The notes beneath the pieces are model-generated. The model was not told the origin of the DNA, did no database searches, and was given only the letters and a program-made list of their open reading frames with translations. From Cyanophora paradoxa CCMP329 (taxonomy: Eukaryota > Plantae > Glaucophyta), in assembly GCA_004431415.1 (NCBI GenBank), contig QPMI01000280.1, forward strand, positions 1-64,000: a DNA stretch of 64,000 nt. Reading direction: 5' to 3'. Each line of letters opens with the position of its first letter. Positions within the stretch are counted from its first letter, which is position 1. This document shows, piece after piece, positions 12,080 to 22,530 of this stretch. A program made the translations under genes and the position numbers.

Positions 12080-15000
12080 TACTGAGCAGCACAGTTACAC
12101 CTAATATGAGACAGGAAACAATTTTTGGTTGTATGGGGCAATGCGTTATTCACTCGATCGATCGAGATTACATTAAGATCGAAATCCATACCACCATAGC
12201 AACGAAGGCAATGACCATATTGTTTTCCGTAGCGTTTTTTGAACCACTCCCAATTCACATAATCGTTTTCGTCAAATGGTCGGTTTGCCTTCTTATCCTG
12301 TTCCTTATACTGTTCAATGCGCTCATTGAACTTGCGCTTGTCAACGACATGTGTTGCCCACTCGAATCCATCATGGTAAATTTTGACCCGATTTAGTTCA
12401 GTAGTTCGTGTGACCGCTGTGTAAAACCATTCGCTCGAAACAAACGGTGCGCCCGCTTCGTAAATGACGACGTTCCCATTCTTGCACACAATAGTATCAC
12501 CCTGAATGACGTGACAAGTGTAAGCGTAAGGGAGCGCGAAATAGCGCATTGCGGGCGGGTCTAACCTCACTTCCTCCTTCGTCGCGATGTCCTCGATGAC
12601 GAATTCTGTGTCGTTAAACGCCTTAATCGTGTAGCTGAACCCATTGTGAATGGTTACGCCATTCTTCACGATCCTTTGCTTCGCGACAATTTCCACGCCT
12701 TTCGCGTAAATAGGAACATCTTCCCCGTGATTCATCCTGTGGATTTGTAGATTTACTTCCGCCGCTTTGCGGTTGGTGTAAACTATCGCGCGGTCATCCT
12801 TTCCCAATGCGTTCACCGTCTCAAACTTGTATTTATTAATTACATCGGGAACACTCAAACCGTTTTCGAAAAGATCACGGCGTATACACTCGACTGTATC
12901 GCGATCTTCCTGGGTCTTGTGGCGCTTGTTAACTTTCAGGACTAACTCGTTTCCGAAAAGATGCCGAAGAATATACGCGTAATACTCTTTCTGATTTACG
13001 GTCATCTCCTGTATCGGTGGGTTCTGAAAGGGGTCGCCGGTAGCCACGTAGACCTTGTCGGGGAACAGAACCCCCATAATGTGGGCGAGCGCCCCCAACT
13101 CGGGGACTGTGAACTGACAGATTTCGTCAATGAAAATACCATCAAAGTCCGCCAAACCGGAAGCGTTCCCGCCTACGATCTCTTCCATGTTCGAATCGTC
13201 AACTTTGAGATGGAGCGCATCGTAAATAGTTTTGACATTCTTTATGCCTTTCAACTTCATGTCTCGAATGCGCTTGTTTGTCGGAACGATGAAAAGTGGA
13301 TTTTGGAATTGCTTCGAATACTCCATCATCATGTGAGTTTTCCCCACTCCGGGAACAACGCCAAGAATAATCCATCTTTTCTGAGTCGCAAGAGTTAGAC
13401 AAATCGCTGGTGTGTCGAATTCATCAACTGCTGAGAAAGTGAAATAGTTCAACTTCTCTAATTTCACGAAGTCGTCCTGTCGCTCCAATTTGCCGTAGTG
13501 AATACGCCGCAAGTTTAGCACCTTGTCTTTGCCGATATACTTCTTGATGAAATTGGGGCAATGCTTTACACTGAACCCCCCGATGTTTTCGTAGGCGTGG
13601 CGGTCGAAACTAACGAGGGGGATTGGGTCGCACGAGGTAGTGTAGACGCAATCGGTATTCACAGCAACAGGATTAATCCCTTTTGCACTGAGTTCTACGC
13701 ACTTCTCGTATAGATTCATGCGCATTAGGGAATACATCAGGTTGTGGAACGGCATGAACCCATCGGTAAGATATCTTTCGGCTACTTGATTCACATAGTA
13801 GATACACGGTTCCGTAATCTCTTCCTCGCTAATGACGTAACAAGTTGGGTCATACGATGTTGGATCTTTACCAAACACGTAGAGCTTTACTTCTCCGCCA
13901 TATTGCTTTTGGAATTCGATCGCATCGTCTCTCTTGTTGAAGATCGTGGTCTTTACTTTGTGGTTTTTCTGTTTCCCAATCTGTCCGATATTGGCGACAA
14001 GCATTTGCTTTTTATCGTTCGGGTCAAGATCACTTTGCATGATTTGCCGAATCACATCGCCCGAGAAATTCGGAACCAACTTAAATGGTCGGAGAACTCC
14101 CTTTATGGTAATGTCGTCTTTCAGAGCATCGTAGTGTTTTTTCAGAACCATTCCCGGAATGACATTGTAAGCCGAATCAATTAGCATGCGCTTGTGACGA
14201 TCATACGTGTTAAGAAAATACGTCGATCCGTCGGGGTTCTTCATTGGTTTGAAAAACTTCGAGTGCAACTTCACGTAATAGAAATTGTAGTTTTCGATCT
14301 GATCCGCGGAAGTTACAGTCGTCTTTTTGAAGTAATCGAATTTACTAACGACAGGAACGAATTCGATCTGTTTCGCGATGATTGCGGGGTATGCCTTGCA
14401 CACATCGTGTTCGTAAATGTTTTCGTTCCAATGGAGGTCATCCCGGGTTTCGGTATCTAAGTCGAAGAACCCACGAAGGGCGGTCTGTGACCCAAGGCGG
14501 AAGGCTGTCATGGTCTGATCGTTGTATGAACTCTTGTTTGCATTGTTCACGAGACTCAGATACATTTTCAGATTCAGCCGCTCGAACTTATCACGATACT
14601 CTGCGTCTTTGAATTTCACTTCGTAAGCGGTTTCCACATCTGTGTCGGAACCGGGTGGTGTGATCGTAATACTCTTTTCACCATACGTGAAATGAATGTG
14701 TGTGATCTTGCGCATTGGGGAAATCCCCGCATGCACCTGGTAATTCACATCAACAATGAACTCTTTCAGAAGATCGTCGAGGTATCCACTGTAACAGATC
14801 GAAATTTTGCTCTGGTTCTTCATCTCCTCCGAATTGATGATTTTCACGATATCCTCAGGAGTTGCCGCAAATTCGCGATGTTTTCTTTGCTTGACAATCT
14901 TGAATCGCGACCCCACCGAAAGATTCGTGTCAGAATTCGACTTCGACCCATTGAAAGAGTGAGTTAGTGATTTCAGGTTATCGTTTAGTAGATACATGTG

Positions 15001-16182
15001 ACCGTTTTCGATTTTCACGTATGCAACCGATGGCGTGAGGTGTGTATTTCTCGTTTTCGGTTTGAAAGTGAGTTCGGGTATTTCGGTCTTATCGTCTTTA
15101 TCGATCGTGACCATTCCGATGCGGTATGGTGTCAGAACCTTTTCTACGATTTCCTCAAAGGTGAAGCCCCAATCGTCCCCCTCTGTGGGTTCCCGACCCC
15201 GAATCATTTTAAATATTCCACTGTGTGTCCAATCGACCGATTTATACTTGCCTTTCGCTTGCGCTTTCTGAAACGCCTGTGCGAAATGCATCACAAGCAC
15301 ATCCGGAACACACCGACCCACTTTAAATCTATCACCCCTAATGAACAGTTCCCCCAAAGTTTTGGCTTTTGGGTTCGTCTCATTGCGCAAATACTTCGAT
15401 ATGATCATCGGGGCATGTTGCGTATCGCGTAGCGCTTGCTGTTGTCTCGGCGTATACGTTTGGTTGTCGGTGGTGATGATTCGTTCAATTGTGATGATCT
15501 CACCGTAAATGTCCTCTTGAACAATCGTCAAGTATCGGAAGTCCTGGTTTTCCTGATTGAAGCGGACGATTTCGAACATGAATTGATGGATGTCTTCGAC
15601 AGTTGTTAGAGCAGGGAAAGAATTGAATGTGTTCGTTATTTTTTCGAGATTTGCAAGCAGCGCTTCTTTCGAACATTGGATTGCAAGAGGTTGATTACTA
15701 CGGGTCTTTTTCAGATCCCGGTAATACAAACCGTTCGCTTGAATCACAACAGCGTTTGCGGGCAAATTCGCGATTTCGTCCTCTGCGACCTCTTTGTAAA
15801 GTCGAACATGCAGCGTGACCATGTCGCCTGGCGAGTTCGCAATGAACTCGCCAAGATCGGTTTTCATCCGATTGAACGGATTCGTGTGTGTCTTTGTGTT
15901 TCTCTCTGGTCGCTGATTCACCAACTCCTGTGGAACATCAATACGACCCAAGCGGTTAATTTCGTCTTCTGTGTTTTGCTGAGCCTCACCTCTCGCAATG
16001 ATATCATCAATTGAGTATTCGATGTCGTTCAGTGCGCTTAGTCTCGGTCGTCTGACGAAGGCAAAGTGACCGAATGCGTTAAATTGCTCTTCATTCATAA
16101 ACCCATTTCCAAGAGCATAACCAAGCTTCGAAAGAATACTCGCTCTCTTCTTAGCGGATTGGATACTAACTGCGCGAGGCAT
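12079..16182 (-). CDS. polB: 1367-aa replicase: N-terminal domain + vOTU-like Cys/His domain + protein-primed-type family B DNA polymerase + SF1 (Pif1/RecD-like) helicase + His-Me/HNH nuclease
   Basis: PolB motifs: A YEHDVCKAYP, B KKQMLVANIGQIGK, C AVNTDCVY. Helicase motifs: PGVGKT, IFIDEI, GDPFQNPP, YAYTCHVIQGDT, YTAVTR. C-terminus: CLRC...SIDRVNNALPHTTKNCFLSHIRCN. N-terminal RCVPD...NGHMYLL. The ORF is uninterrupted. Confidence 0.85.
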   Translation of the reverse strand: MPRAVSIQSAKKRASILSKLGYALGNGFMNEEQFNAFGHFAFVRRPRLSALNDIEYSIDDIIARGEAQQNTEDEINRLGRIDVPQELVNQRPERNTKTHTNPFNRMKTDLGEFIANSPGDMVTLHVRLYKEVAEDEIANLPANAVVIQANGLYYRDLKKTRSNQPLAIQCSKEALLANLEKITNTFNSFPALTTVEDIHQFMFEIVRFNQENQDFRYLTIVQEDIYGEIITIERIITTDNQTYTPRQQQALRDTQHAPMIISKYLRNETNPKAKTLGELFIRGDRFKVGRCVPDVLVMHFAQAFQKAQAKGKYKSVDWTHSGIFKMIRGREPTEGDDWGFTFEEIVEKVLTPYRIGMVTIDKDDKTEIPELTFKPKTRNTHLTPSVAYVKIENGHMYLLNDNLKSLTHSFNGSKSNSDTNLSVGSRFKIVKQRKHREFAATPEDIVKIINSEEMKNQSKISICYSGYLDDLLKEFIVDVNYQVHAGISPMRKITHIHFTYGEKSITITPPGSDTDVETAYEVKFKDAEYRDKFERLNLKMYLSLVNNANKSSYNDQTMTAFRLGSQTALRGFFDLDTETRDDLHWNENIYEHDVCKAYPAIIAKQIEFVPVVSKFDYFKKTTVTSADQIENYNFYYVKLHSKFFKPMKNPDGSTYFLNTYDRHKRMLIDSAYNVIPGMVLKKHYDALKDDITIKGVLRPFKLVPNFSGDVIRQIMQSDLDPNDKKQMLVANIGQIGKQKNHKVKTTIFNKRDDAIEFQKQYGGEVKLYVFGKDPTSYDPTCYVISEEEITEPCIYYVNQVAERYLTDGFMPFHNLMYSLMRMNLYEKCVELSAKGINPVAVNTDCVYTTSCDPIPLVSFDRHAYENIGGFSVKHCPNFIKKYIGKDKVLNLRRIHYGKLERQDDFVKLEKLNYFTFSAVDEFDTPAICLTLATQKRWIILGVVPGVGKTHMMMEYSKQFQNPLFIVPTNKRIRDMKLKGIKNVKTIYDALHLKVDDSNMEEIVGGNASGLADFDGIFIDEICQFTVPELGALAHIMGVLFPDKVYVATGDPFQNPPIQEMTVNQKEYYAYILRHLFGNELVLKVNKRHKTQEDRDTVECIRRDLFENGLSVPDVINKYKFETVNALGKDDRAIVYTNRKAAEVNLQIHRMNHGEDVPIYAKGVEIVAKQRIVKNGVTIHNGFSYTIKAFNDTEFVIEDIATKEEVRLDPPAMRYFALPYAYTCHVIQGDTIVCKNGNVVIYEAGAPFVSSEWFYTAVTRTTELNRVKIYHDGFEWATHVVDKRKFNERIEQYKEQDKKANRPFDENDYVNWEWFKKRYGKQYGHCLRCYGGMDFDLNVISIDRVNNALPHTTKNCFLSHIRCNCAAQ

Positions 16183-16417
16183 TTTGTTGGCGCTTTCCTT
16201 ATTCTATACAAATAAATTTATTCTTTAAGTGATTTTATTCTATGACGTCATTTTTTGACCGGCGCATTTTAGCGATCGGTCAAGCAAATAGGAAAAATAA
16301 CAAAGGGTCGACCATCATACAATGGTTCTAAAAATAATACAAACAAGATTTATTACGATTAAGCGCGGTTGCGCTCGCGCTGGGTTCTCAGGGCAAACGC
16401 GCTGAGAAAAAACAAGA

Positions 16418-16672
16418 TCAGAAGTAGATCGAGGGGCGCCCCCGATTTGAGTGCGGAACCCCATAAAGGTATTTAATGTAACACACGGCGTTAGCGACGT
16501 ACTGGCGTTGTGAACTATCGACTATCTTCATCGCTCGGTAACACTCGTCGGTGTCGTATAATTCCTTCATTTGTTTCGACAGTCTGTTGCTGTACTTTTT
16601 AAGATATTCACGACCCTTTTCGGTCTTGCGGTAACGGTAAATTGCGCGCTTCTGTGCTTCGCTAATCGGCAT
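16418..16672 (-). CDS. Small basic 84-aa protein, possible DNA-binding regulator
   Basis: MPISEAQKRAIYRYRKTEKG...GVPHSNRGRPSIYF. A syntenic homolog lies at 47154-47370. Confidence 0.7.
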   Translation of the reverse strand: MPISEAQKRAIYRYRKTEKGREYLKKYSNRLSKQMKELYDTDECYRAMKIVDSSQRQYVANAVCYIKYLYGVPHSNRGRPSIYF

Positions 16673-17037
16673 CGTACTTTGTCCTCTTCTGATATATAAC
16701 AAGAAATCTTTAAGTCCTTTTTGTTGTTGGTATATACTTGTCTTGAAAAGCCGTCATTTTTTTGCACCGTTTTGAAAGAAGATGCCGGAAAAATAAATCG
16801 AAGTGTCCCCGATTGTCTACTTGTCGGTCGCAAGTTTCCACGAATGAACCCCGTAGAACAGGTGATAAAAGCGCGATATACATGGATATCACTTCTTTCT
16901 ACAACGCCACCCATAAAAATGAGTAAACGTGAGCCTACGCGAATGGATTGTTTACGTAGCGCTACATTTGAACAAGAAATTTTTTAACGGCAAAATGATC
17001 ATTTACGCAAAAACGTCGGGCTACGCAAAGGTCGGTT

Positions 17038-17494
17038 TTAAAACCTCCGGTAACCGGGGCGGATCCCAAGTTTTGCGAACCCCGAAAGCATGGGGGCGGC
17101 GGAGGGAACCGATGTAATGGGGTCGGCTTGCGAAGTGGCGACCCGAAGTAAACTCTTGTTCATTACCGGTAAATCGGTCTTGTTACTCTCCGCGTAATCG
17201 ATGGTCTTAGCGATTAATTCAATTGGCGTATTCTTCGCGGTTGTGATTGGATCGGGAAGAACGTCGAACGTCACATCCGGTTTCTTTTCGACCTTCTCTT
17301 TCGTGATCTGCTGTTCGAGAATCTTGTTCTCTAACGCGGTCTCGTTCGCAATCCCCTGAACCATTTTTTTGGCGTCCTGGTATTTGACCGATTTAAGACC
17401 GCCCGTTTTCAAGCGGATAAAGTAACGATTGCGGTTATCCTTCTCCGAGTATGTCGAATAAAGTCGCTCGCCGCCATCATAAAGTCGCTCGCCG
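17038..17494 (-). pseudogene. 5'-truncated homolog of the 46032-46778 viral gene
   Basis: DGGERLYSTYSEKD...AAPMLSGFAKLGIRPGYRR aligns closely with the 46032 product. The N-terminus in the track ORF is satellite sequence, and there is a ~21-bp tandem duplication at the breakpoint. Confidence 0.85.
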
Positions 17495-20400
17495 CCAAGT
17501 GGGACCCCCGGCGAGCGTTTGGGGACTTGAATGTTTCCTGGGTTCACTCCCTCTTAGCCCTGGTCAGTTTGAATTCCCGTCTGGCCCACAAAAGCAAGGA
17601 CCGGTGCACACAAAACCTTTCCAGGGGGAACATGCACAAGGTGCTAGCCTTAGGCAGGTGCACCCTGCCCAGCAGAGGCCCGGTACGAGGGTCTGCCCTT
17701 CCAAGTGGGATCCCCACCGAGTGTTTGGGGACTTGAATGTTTCCTGGGTTCACTCCCTCTTAGCCCTGGTCGGTTTGAATTCCTGTTTGGCCCACAACAG
17801 CAAGGTCAGGTGCACACAAAAACAATCCAGGTGGAACATGCACAAGGCGCTAGCCTTAGGCAGGTGCACCCTGCCCAGCAGAGGCCCTGTAAGAGGCTCT
17901 GCCCTTCCAAGTGGGACCCCCGCCGAGCATTTGGGGACTTGAATGTTTCCTGGGTTCACTCCCTCTTCGCCCTGGTCAGTTTGAATTCCCGTCTGGCCAC
18001 AAAAGCAAGGTCAGGTGCTCACACAAACATTCCAGGGGGAACATGCACAAGGTGCTAGCCTTAGGCAGGTGCACCCTGCCCAGCAGAGGCCCTGTACGAG
18101 GCTCTGCCCTTCCAAGTGGGATCCCCACCGAGTGTTTGGGGATTTGAATGTTTCCTGGGTTCACTCCCTCTTAGCGCTGGTCAGTTTGAATTCCCGTCTG
18201 GCCCACAAAAGCAAGGACCGGTGCACACAAAACCTTTCCAGGGGGAACATGCACAAGGCGCTAGCCTTAGGCAGGTGCACCCTGCCCAGCAGAGGACCTG
18301 TGCGAGGCTCTGCCCATCCAAGTGGGATCCCTGCCGAGTGTTTGGGGACTTGAATGTTTCCTGGGTTCACTCCCTCTTAGCCCTTGTCAGTTTGTATTCC
18401 TGTTTGGCCCACAACAGCAAGGTCAGGTGCACACAAAAACAATCCAGGTGGAACATGCACAAGGCGCTAGCCTTAGGCAGGTGCACCCTGCCCAGCAGAG
18501 GCCCTGTAAGAGGCTCTGCCCTTCCAAGTGGGACCCCCGCCGAGCATTTGGGGACTTGAATGTTTCCTGGTCTCACTCCCTCTTCGCCCTGGTCAGTTTG
18601 AATTCCCGTCTGGCCACAAAAGCAAGGTCAGGTGCTCACAAAAACATTCCAGGGGGAACATGCACAAGGTGCTAGCCTTAGGCAGGTGCACCCTGCCCAG
18701 CAGAGGCCCGGTACGAGGCTCTGCCCTTCCAAGTGGGACCCCCGGCGAGCGTTTGGGGACTTGAATGTTTCCTGGTTCACTCCCTCTTAGCCCTGGTCAG
18801 TTTGAATTCCCGTCTGGCCCACAAAAGCAAGGACCGGTGCACACAAAACCTTTCCAGGGGGAACATGCACAAGGTGCTAGCCTTAGGCAGGTGCACCCTG
18901 CCCAGCAGAGGCCCGGTACGAGGGTCTGCCCTTCCAAGTGGGATCCCCACCGAGTGTTTGGGGACTTGAATGTTTCCTGGGTTCACTCCCTCTTAGCCCT
19001 GGTCGGTTTGAATTCCTGTTTGGCCCACAACAGCAAGGTCAGGTGCACACAAAAACAATCCAGGTGGAACATGCACAAGGCGCTAGCCTTAGGCAGGTGC
19101 ACCCTGCCCAGCAGAGGCCCTGTAAGAGGCTCTGCCCTTCCAAGTGGGACCCCCGCCGAGCATTTGGGGACTTGAATGTTTCCTGGGTTCACTCCCTCTT
19201 CGCCCTGGTCAGTTTGAATTCCCGTCTGGCCACAAAAGCAAGGTCAGGTGCTCACACAAACATTCCAGGGGGAACATGCACAAGGTGCTAGCCTTAGGCA
19301 GGTGCACCCTGCCCAGCAGAGGCCCGGTACGAGGCTCTGCCCTTCCAAGTGGGATCCCCACCGAGTGTTTGGGGATTTGAATGTTTCCTGGGTTCACTCC
19401 CTCTTAGCGCTGGTCAGTTTGAATTCCCGTCTGGCCCACAAAAGCAAGGACCGGTGCACACAAAACCTTTCCAGGGGGAACATGCACAAGGCGCTAGCCT
19501 TAGGCAGGTGCACCCTGCCCAGCAGAGGACCTGTGCGAGGCTCTGCCCATCCAAGTGGGATCCCTGCCGAGTGTTTGGGGACTTGAATGTTTCCTGGGTT
19601 CACTCCCTCTTAGCCCTTGTCAGTTTGTATTCCTGTTTGGCCCACAACAGCAAGGTCAGGTGCACACAAAAACAATCCAGGTGGAACATGCACAAGGCGC
19701 TAGCCTTAGGCAGGTGCACCCTGCCCAGCAGAGGCCCTGTAAGAGGCTCTGCCCTTCCAAGTGGGACCCCCGCCGAGCATTTGGGGACTTGAATGTTTCC
19801 TGGTCTCACTCCCTCTTCGCCCTGGTCAGTTTGAATTCCCGTCTGGCCACAAAAGCAAGGTCAGGTGCTCACAAAAACATTCCAGGGGGAACATGCACAA
19901 GGTGCTAGCCTTAGGCAGGTGCACCCTGCCCAGCAGAGGCCCGGTACGAGGCTCTGCCCTTCCAAGTGGGACCCCCGGCGAGCGTTTGGGGACTTGAATG
20001 TTTCCTGGGTTCACTCCCTCTTAGCCCTGGTCAGTTTGAATTCCCGTCTGGCCCACAAAAGCAAGGACCGGTGCACACAAAACCTTTCCAGGGGGAACAT
20101 GCACAAGGTGCTAGCCTTAGGCAGGTGCACCCTGCCCAGCAGAGGCCCGGTACGAGGCTCTGCCCTTCCAAGTGGGATCCCCACCGAGTGTTTGGGGACT
20201 TGAATGTTTCCTGGGTTCACTCCCTCTTAGCCCTGGTCGGTTTGAATTCCTGTTTGGCCCACAACAGCAAGGTCAGGTGCACACAAAAACAATCCAGGTG
20301 GAACATGCACAAGGCGCTAGCCTTAGGCAGGTGCACCCTGCCCAGCAGAGGCCCTGTAAGAGGCTCTGCCCTTCCAAGTGGGACCCCCGCCGAGCATTTG

Positions 20401-22530
20401 GGGACTTGAATGTTTCCTGGGTTCACTCCCTCTTCGCCCTGGTCAGTTTGAATTCCCGTCTGGCCACAAAAGCAAGGTCAGGTGCTCACACAAACATTCC
20501 AGGGGGAACATGCACAAGGTGCTAGCCTTAGGCAGGTGCACCCTGCCCAGCAGAGGCCCTGTACGAGGCTCTGCCCTTCCAAGTGGGATCCCACCGAGTG
20601 TTTGGGGATTTGAATGTTTCCTGGGTTCACTCCCTCTTAGCGCTGGTCAGTTTGAATTCCCGTCTGGCCCACAAAAGCAAGGACCGGTGCACACAAAACC
20701 TTTCCAGGGGGAACATGCACAAGGCGCTAGCCTTAGGCAGGTGCACCCTGCCCAGCAGAGGACCTGTGCGAGGCTCTGCCCATCCAAGTGGGATCCCTGC
20801 CGAGTGTTTGGGGACTTGAATGTTTCCTGGGTTCACTCCCTCTTAGCCCTTGTCAGTTTGTATTCCTGTTTGGCCCACAACAGCAAGGTCAGGTGCACAC
20901 AAAAACAATCCAGGTGGAACATGCACAAGGCGCTAGCCTTAGGCAGGTGCACCCTGCCCAGCAGAGGCCCTGTAAGAGGCTCTGCCCTTCCAAGTGGGAC
21001 CCCCGCCGAGCATTTGGGGACTTGAATGTTTCCTGGTCTCACTCCCTCTTCGCCCTGGTCAGTTTGAATTCCCGTCTGGCCACAAAAGCAAGGTCAGGTG
21101 CTCACAAAAACATTCCAGGGGGAACATGCACAAGGTGCTAGCCTTAGGCAGGTGCACCCTGCCCAGCAGAGGCCCGGTACGAGGCTCTGCCCTTCCAAGT
21201 AAAATCCCCACCAAGTGTTTGGGGATTTGAATGTTTCCTGGGTTCACTCCCTCTTAGCGCTGGTCAGTTTGAATTCCCGTCTGGCCCACAAAAGCAAGGA
21301 CCGGTGCACACAAAACCTTTCCAGGGGGAACATGCACAAGGCGCTAGCCTTAGGCAGGTGCACCCTGCCCAGCAGAGGACCTGTGCGAGGCTCTGCCCAT
21401 CCAAGTGGGATCCCTGCCGAGTGTTTGGGGACTTGAATGTTTCCTGGGTTCACTCCCTCTTAGCCCTTGTCAGTTTGTATTCCTGTTTGGCCCACAACAG
21501 CAAGGTCAGGTGCACACAAAAACAATCCAGGTGGAACATGCACAAGGCGCTAGCCTTAGGCAGGTGCACCCTGCCCAGCAGAGGCCCGGTACGAGGCTCT
21601 GCCCTTCCAAGTGGGACCCCCGGCGAGCGTTTGGGGACTTGAATGTTTCCTGGGTTCACTCCCTCTTAGCCCTGGTCAGTTTGAATTCCCGTCTGGCCCA
21701 CAAAAGCAAGGACCGGTGCACACAAAACCTTTCCAGGGGGAACATGCACAAGGTGCTAGCCTTAGGCAGGTGCACCCTGCCCAGCAGAGGCCCTGTACGA
21801 GGCTCTGCCCTTCCAAGTGGGATCCCCACCGAGTGTTTGGGGACTTGAATGTTTCCTGGGTTCACTCCCTCTTAGCCCTGGTCGGTTTGAATTCCCGTCA
21901 GGCCCACAAAAGCAAGGTCAGGTGCACACAAAAACAATCCAGGGGGAACATGCACAAGGCGCTAGCCTAAGGCAGGTGCACCCTGCCCAGCAGAGGCCCT
22001 GTAAGAGGCTCTGCCCTTCCAAGTGGGAGCCCTCCCAGTGTTTGGGGACATGAATGTTTCCTGGGCTCACTCCCTCTTAGCGCTGGTCAGTTTGAATTCC
22101 TGTCGGGCCCACAAAAGCAAGGTCAGGTGCTCACAAAAACATTCCAGGGGGAACATGCACAAGGCGCTAGCCTTAGACAGGTGCACCCTGCCCAGCAGAG
22201 GCCCTGTAAGAGGCTCTGCTCTTCCAAGTGGGATCCCCGCCAAGTGTTTGGGGACTTGAATGTTTCCTGGGTTCACTCCCTCTTAGCCGTTGTCAGTTTG
22301 TATTCCTGTTTGGCCCACAACAGCAAGGTCAGGTGCACACAAAATCAATCCAGGTGGAACATGCACAAGGCGCTAGCCTTAGGCAGGTGCACCCTGCCCA
22401 GCAGAGGCCCTGTAAGAGGCTCTGCCCTTCCAAGTGGGACCCCCGCCGAGCGTTTGGGGACTTGAATGTTTCCTGAATTCACTCCTTCGTAGAATGTTTT
22501 CTGGGTTCACTCCTTCTTAGCCCTGGTCAG
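17495..22530. repeat. 206-bp satellite array with a ~1233-bp six-monomer higher-order repeat
   Basis: Same monomer as 7663-10496. Near-identical variant ORFs recur at 17544/18777/20011 and 17705/18938/20172 (period 1233-1234), with a ~617-bp sub-period. Confidence 0.96.

Larger units (their letters stand above)
10497..17494 (-). mobile_element. Endogenous Polinton-like virus copy 1 (one terminus intact, other end truncated by satellite)
   Basis: Intronless block, more AT-rich than the neighbouring GC-rich TEs. It starts AGCTGAGCT, as copy 2 does, and carries an rve integrase, a PolB-helicase fusion and two genes syntenic with 46032-55800. Confidence 0.88.

Noticed and set aside
133-22476. 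Many 60-215-aa ORFs in the satellites (MTHPPASHS..., MNPGNIQVPK...), also at 55800-64000
   Set aside because: They are translations of tandem repeats, with frames broken at random by indels and unit lengths not divisible by 3.
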